Positions 63,305-64,000 of a DNA stretch of 64,000 bases are shown here, piece by piece. Numbering within the stretch: position 1 is the stretch's first letter; the number at the start of each line of letters is the position of its first letter. The stretch comes from Dehalococcoidia bacterium. GTDB taxonomy: Bacteria > Chloroflexota > Dehalococcoidia > SHYB01. The notes under the pieces were generated by a model that searched no databases, was not told the DNA's origin, and was given only the letters and a program-made list of their open reading frames with translations. The stretch spans positions 3,553,302 to 3,617,301 of the forward strand of contig OZ244810.1 in NCBI GenBank assembly GCA_965220155.1. Reading direction: 5' to 3'. Made by a program: the position numbers and the translations under genes.

Positions 63305-64000
63305 TCAGGCCCCGAACTTTGCCAGCTTGAGCGCATTGGCCATCCCCAGTCCCAATGCCTGTTGGGCGGGGAACCGGCCCAGAAGCCCCCGCGAGCAAGA
63401 GCGCTCCGTGAACTCGGCGACCCCTTCGTGTTGACAATAGCGCGAATGGAGCAAGAAAGGGACCGGGTGCCAACTATGGGCCGACAACACGGACGGGGTC
63501 GAGTGGTCCCCCGCTATCATGATGGCGTCCGGCTCGAGGTCCCGAAGCTTCGGAATATACCGGTCGACGTCCTCCAGCGCCTGGGCCTTGCGCTCGAAGT
63601 CGCCGTCCTCTCCTGCGGCGTCCGTCCCCTTGACATGAATGAAGAAGAAGTCGTACTTGCCCCAGTTCTTCGCGGCGGTATCCAGCTCGTCCCCCAGGGT
63701 CTGCCCCTCGGACTCCAGCAGGTCCATACCCACGATCCGGGCAAGCCCTCGGTACATCGGGTAGACGGCGATAGCCGCCGGGGTGAGCTTGAACCGCTGG
63801 CTCATGGAGGGCAGGTGCGGTAGTCCGGAGAAGCCTCGCAGCAGCGCCATGTTGGCCGGGGACCGCCCCGCCAGCGCTTGCTTGGCCTGTCGTGAGAACT
63901 GGTTGGCGACCCTGGCCATCGCGGCGGCGGCCGGCGTTATCGCGACGGCCTCCGCCGGGGAAAGGCCGGTCTTCGACGGGTCCGTATCGCTCACGTCGCC
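63305..64000 (-). CDS. apgM: Cofactor-independent phosphoglycerate mutase, archaeal-type (ApgM); N-terminal part lies beyond the window edge
   Basis: C-terminal ~230 aa. YDFFFIHVKGTDAAGEDGDFERK, IAGDHSTPSVLSAHSWHPVPFLL. The frame is open to position 64000. Confidence 0.8.
   Translation of the reverse strand, partial: GDVSDTDPSKTGLSPAEAVAITPAAAAMARVANQFSRQAKQALAGRSPANMALLRGFSGLPHLPSMSQRFKLTPAAIAVYPMYRGLARIVGMDLLESEGQTLGDELDTAAKNWGKYDFFFIHVKGTDAAGEDGDFERKAQALEDVDRYIPKLRDLEPDAIMIAGDHSTPSVLSAHSWHPVPFLLHSRYCQHEGVAEFTERSCSRGLLGRFPAQQALGLGMANALKLAKFGA

Overview
This is a 64-kb, gene-dense, high-GC (roughly 60-65% by eye) bacterial chromosomal segment. It holds about 60 protein genes on both strands and two tRNAs (Gln-CUG, Glu-CUC). 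I found no rRNA, CRISPR, transposase, integrase or phage genes. Housekeeping operons: rplI-dnaB-dnaD-like-dnaC-like, hisG...hisD-hisC-hisB, guaA-purD, dapF-dapL, hflX, miaA, tpiA-apgM, birA, tsaC, aconitase and a 7Fe ferredoxin. Catabolic/redox genes: form II coxSLM with a MoxR-type ATPase and coxG, two luciferase-like oxidoreductases, F420 genes npdG-cofE, two CaiB/BaiF CoA-transferases, two crotonases, an acyl-CoA dehydrogenase, a DUF35+thiolase pair, a BKACE enzyme, an amidohydrolase, an SDR, a MaoC-type dehydratase and three MFS transporters. The repertoire resembles Chloroflexota (SAR202-like) genomes, but that is inference only. Most notable observations: (1) the gene at 10338..10883 (-) has an in-frame TGA in a D-U-G-S-C motif followed by a SECIS-like hairpin. 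It is a probable selenoprotein that the ORF track truncates, and it is tightly coupled to an uncharacterised 346-aa partner. (2) A helicase-loader gene next to dnaB carries two complete DnaC/DnaI-type AAA+ modules fused in tandem. (3) Two ~330-bp copies of a CTAG-flanked MITE-like element with terminal inverted repeats bracket a 2.3-kb module (small hypothetical plus DHA2 efflux pump). (4) A divergent promoter region holds 2.4 tandem copies of a 76-bp hairpin-rich unit. (5) A polyprenyl-synthase homologue lacks both Asp-rich motifs. Many long ORFs in the track are antisense shadow ORFs typical of high-GC DNA, and several real genes start well inside the listed ORF. Start codons below were chosen from Shine-Dalgarno context and family N-termini and are less certain than the gene calls.
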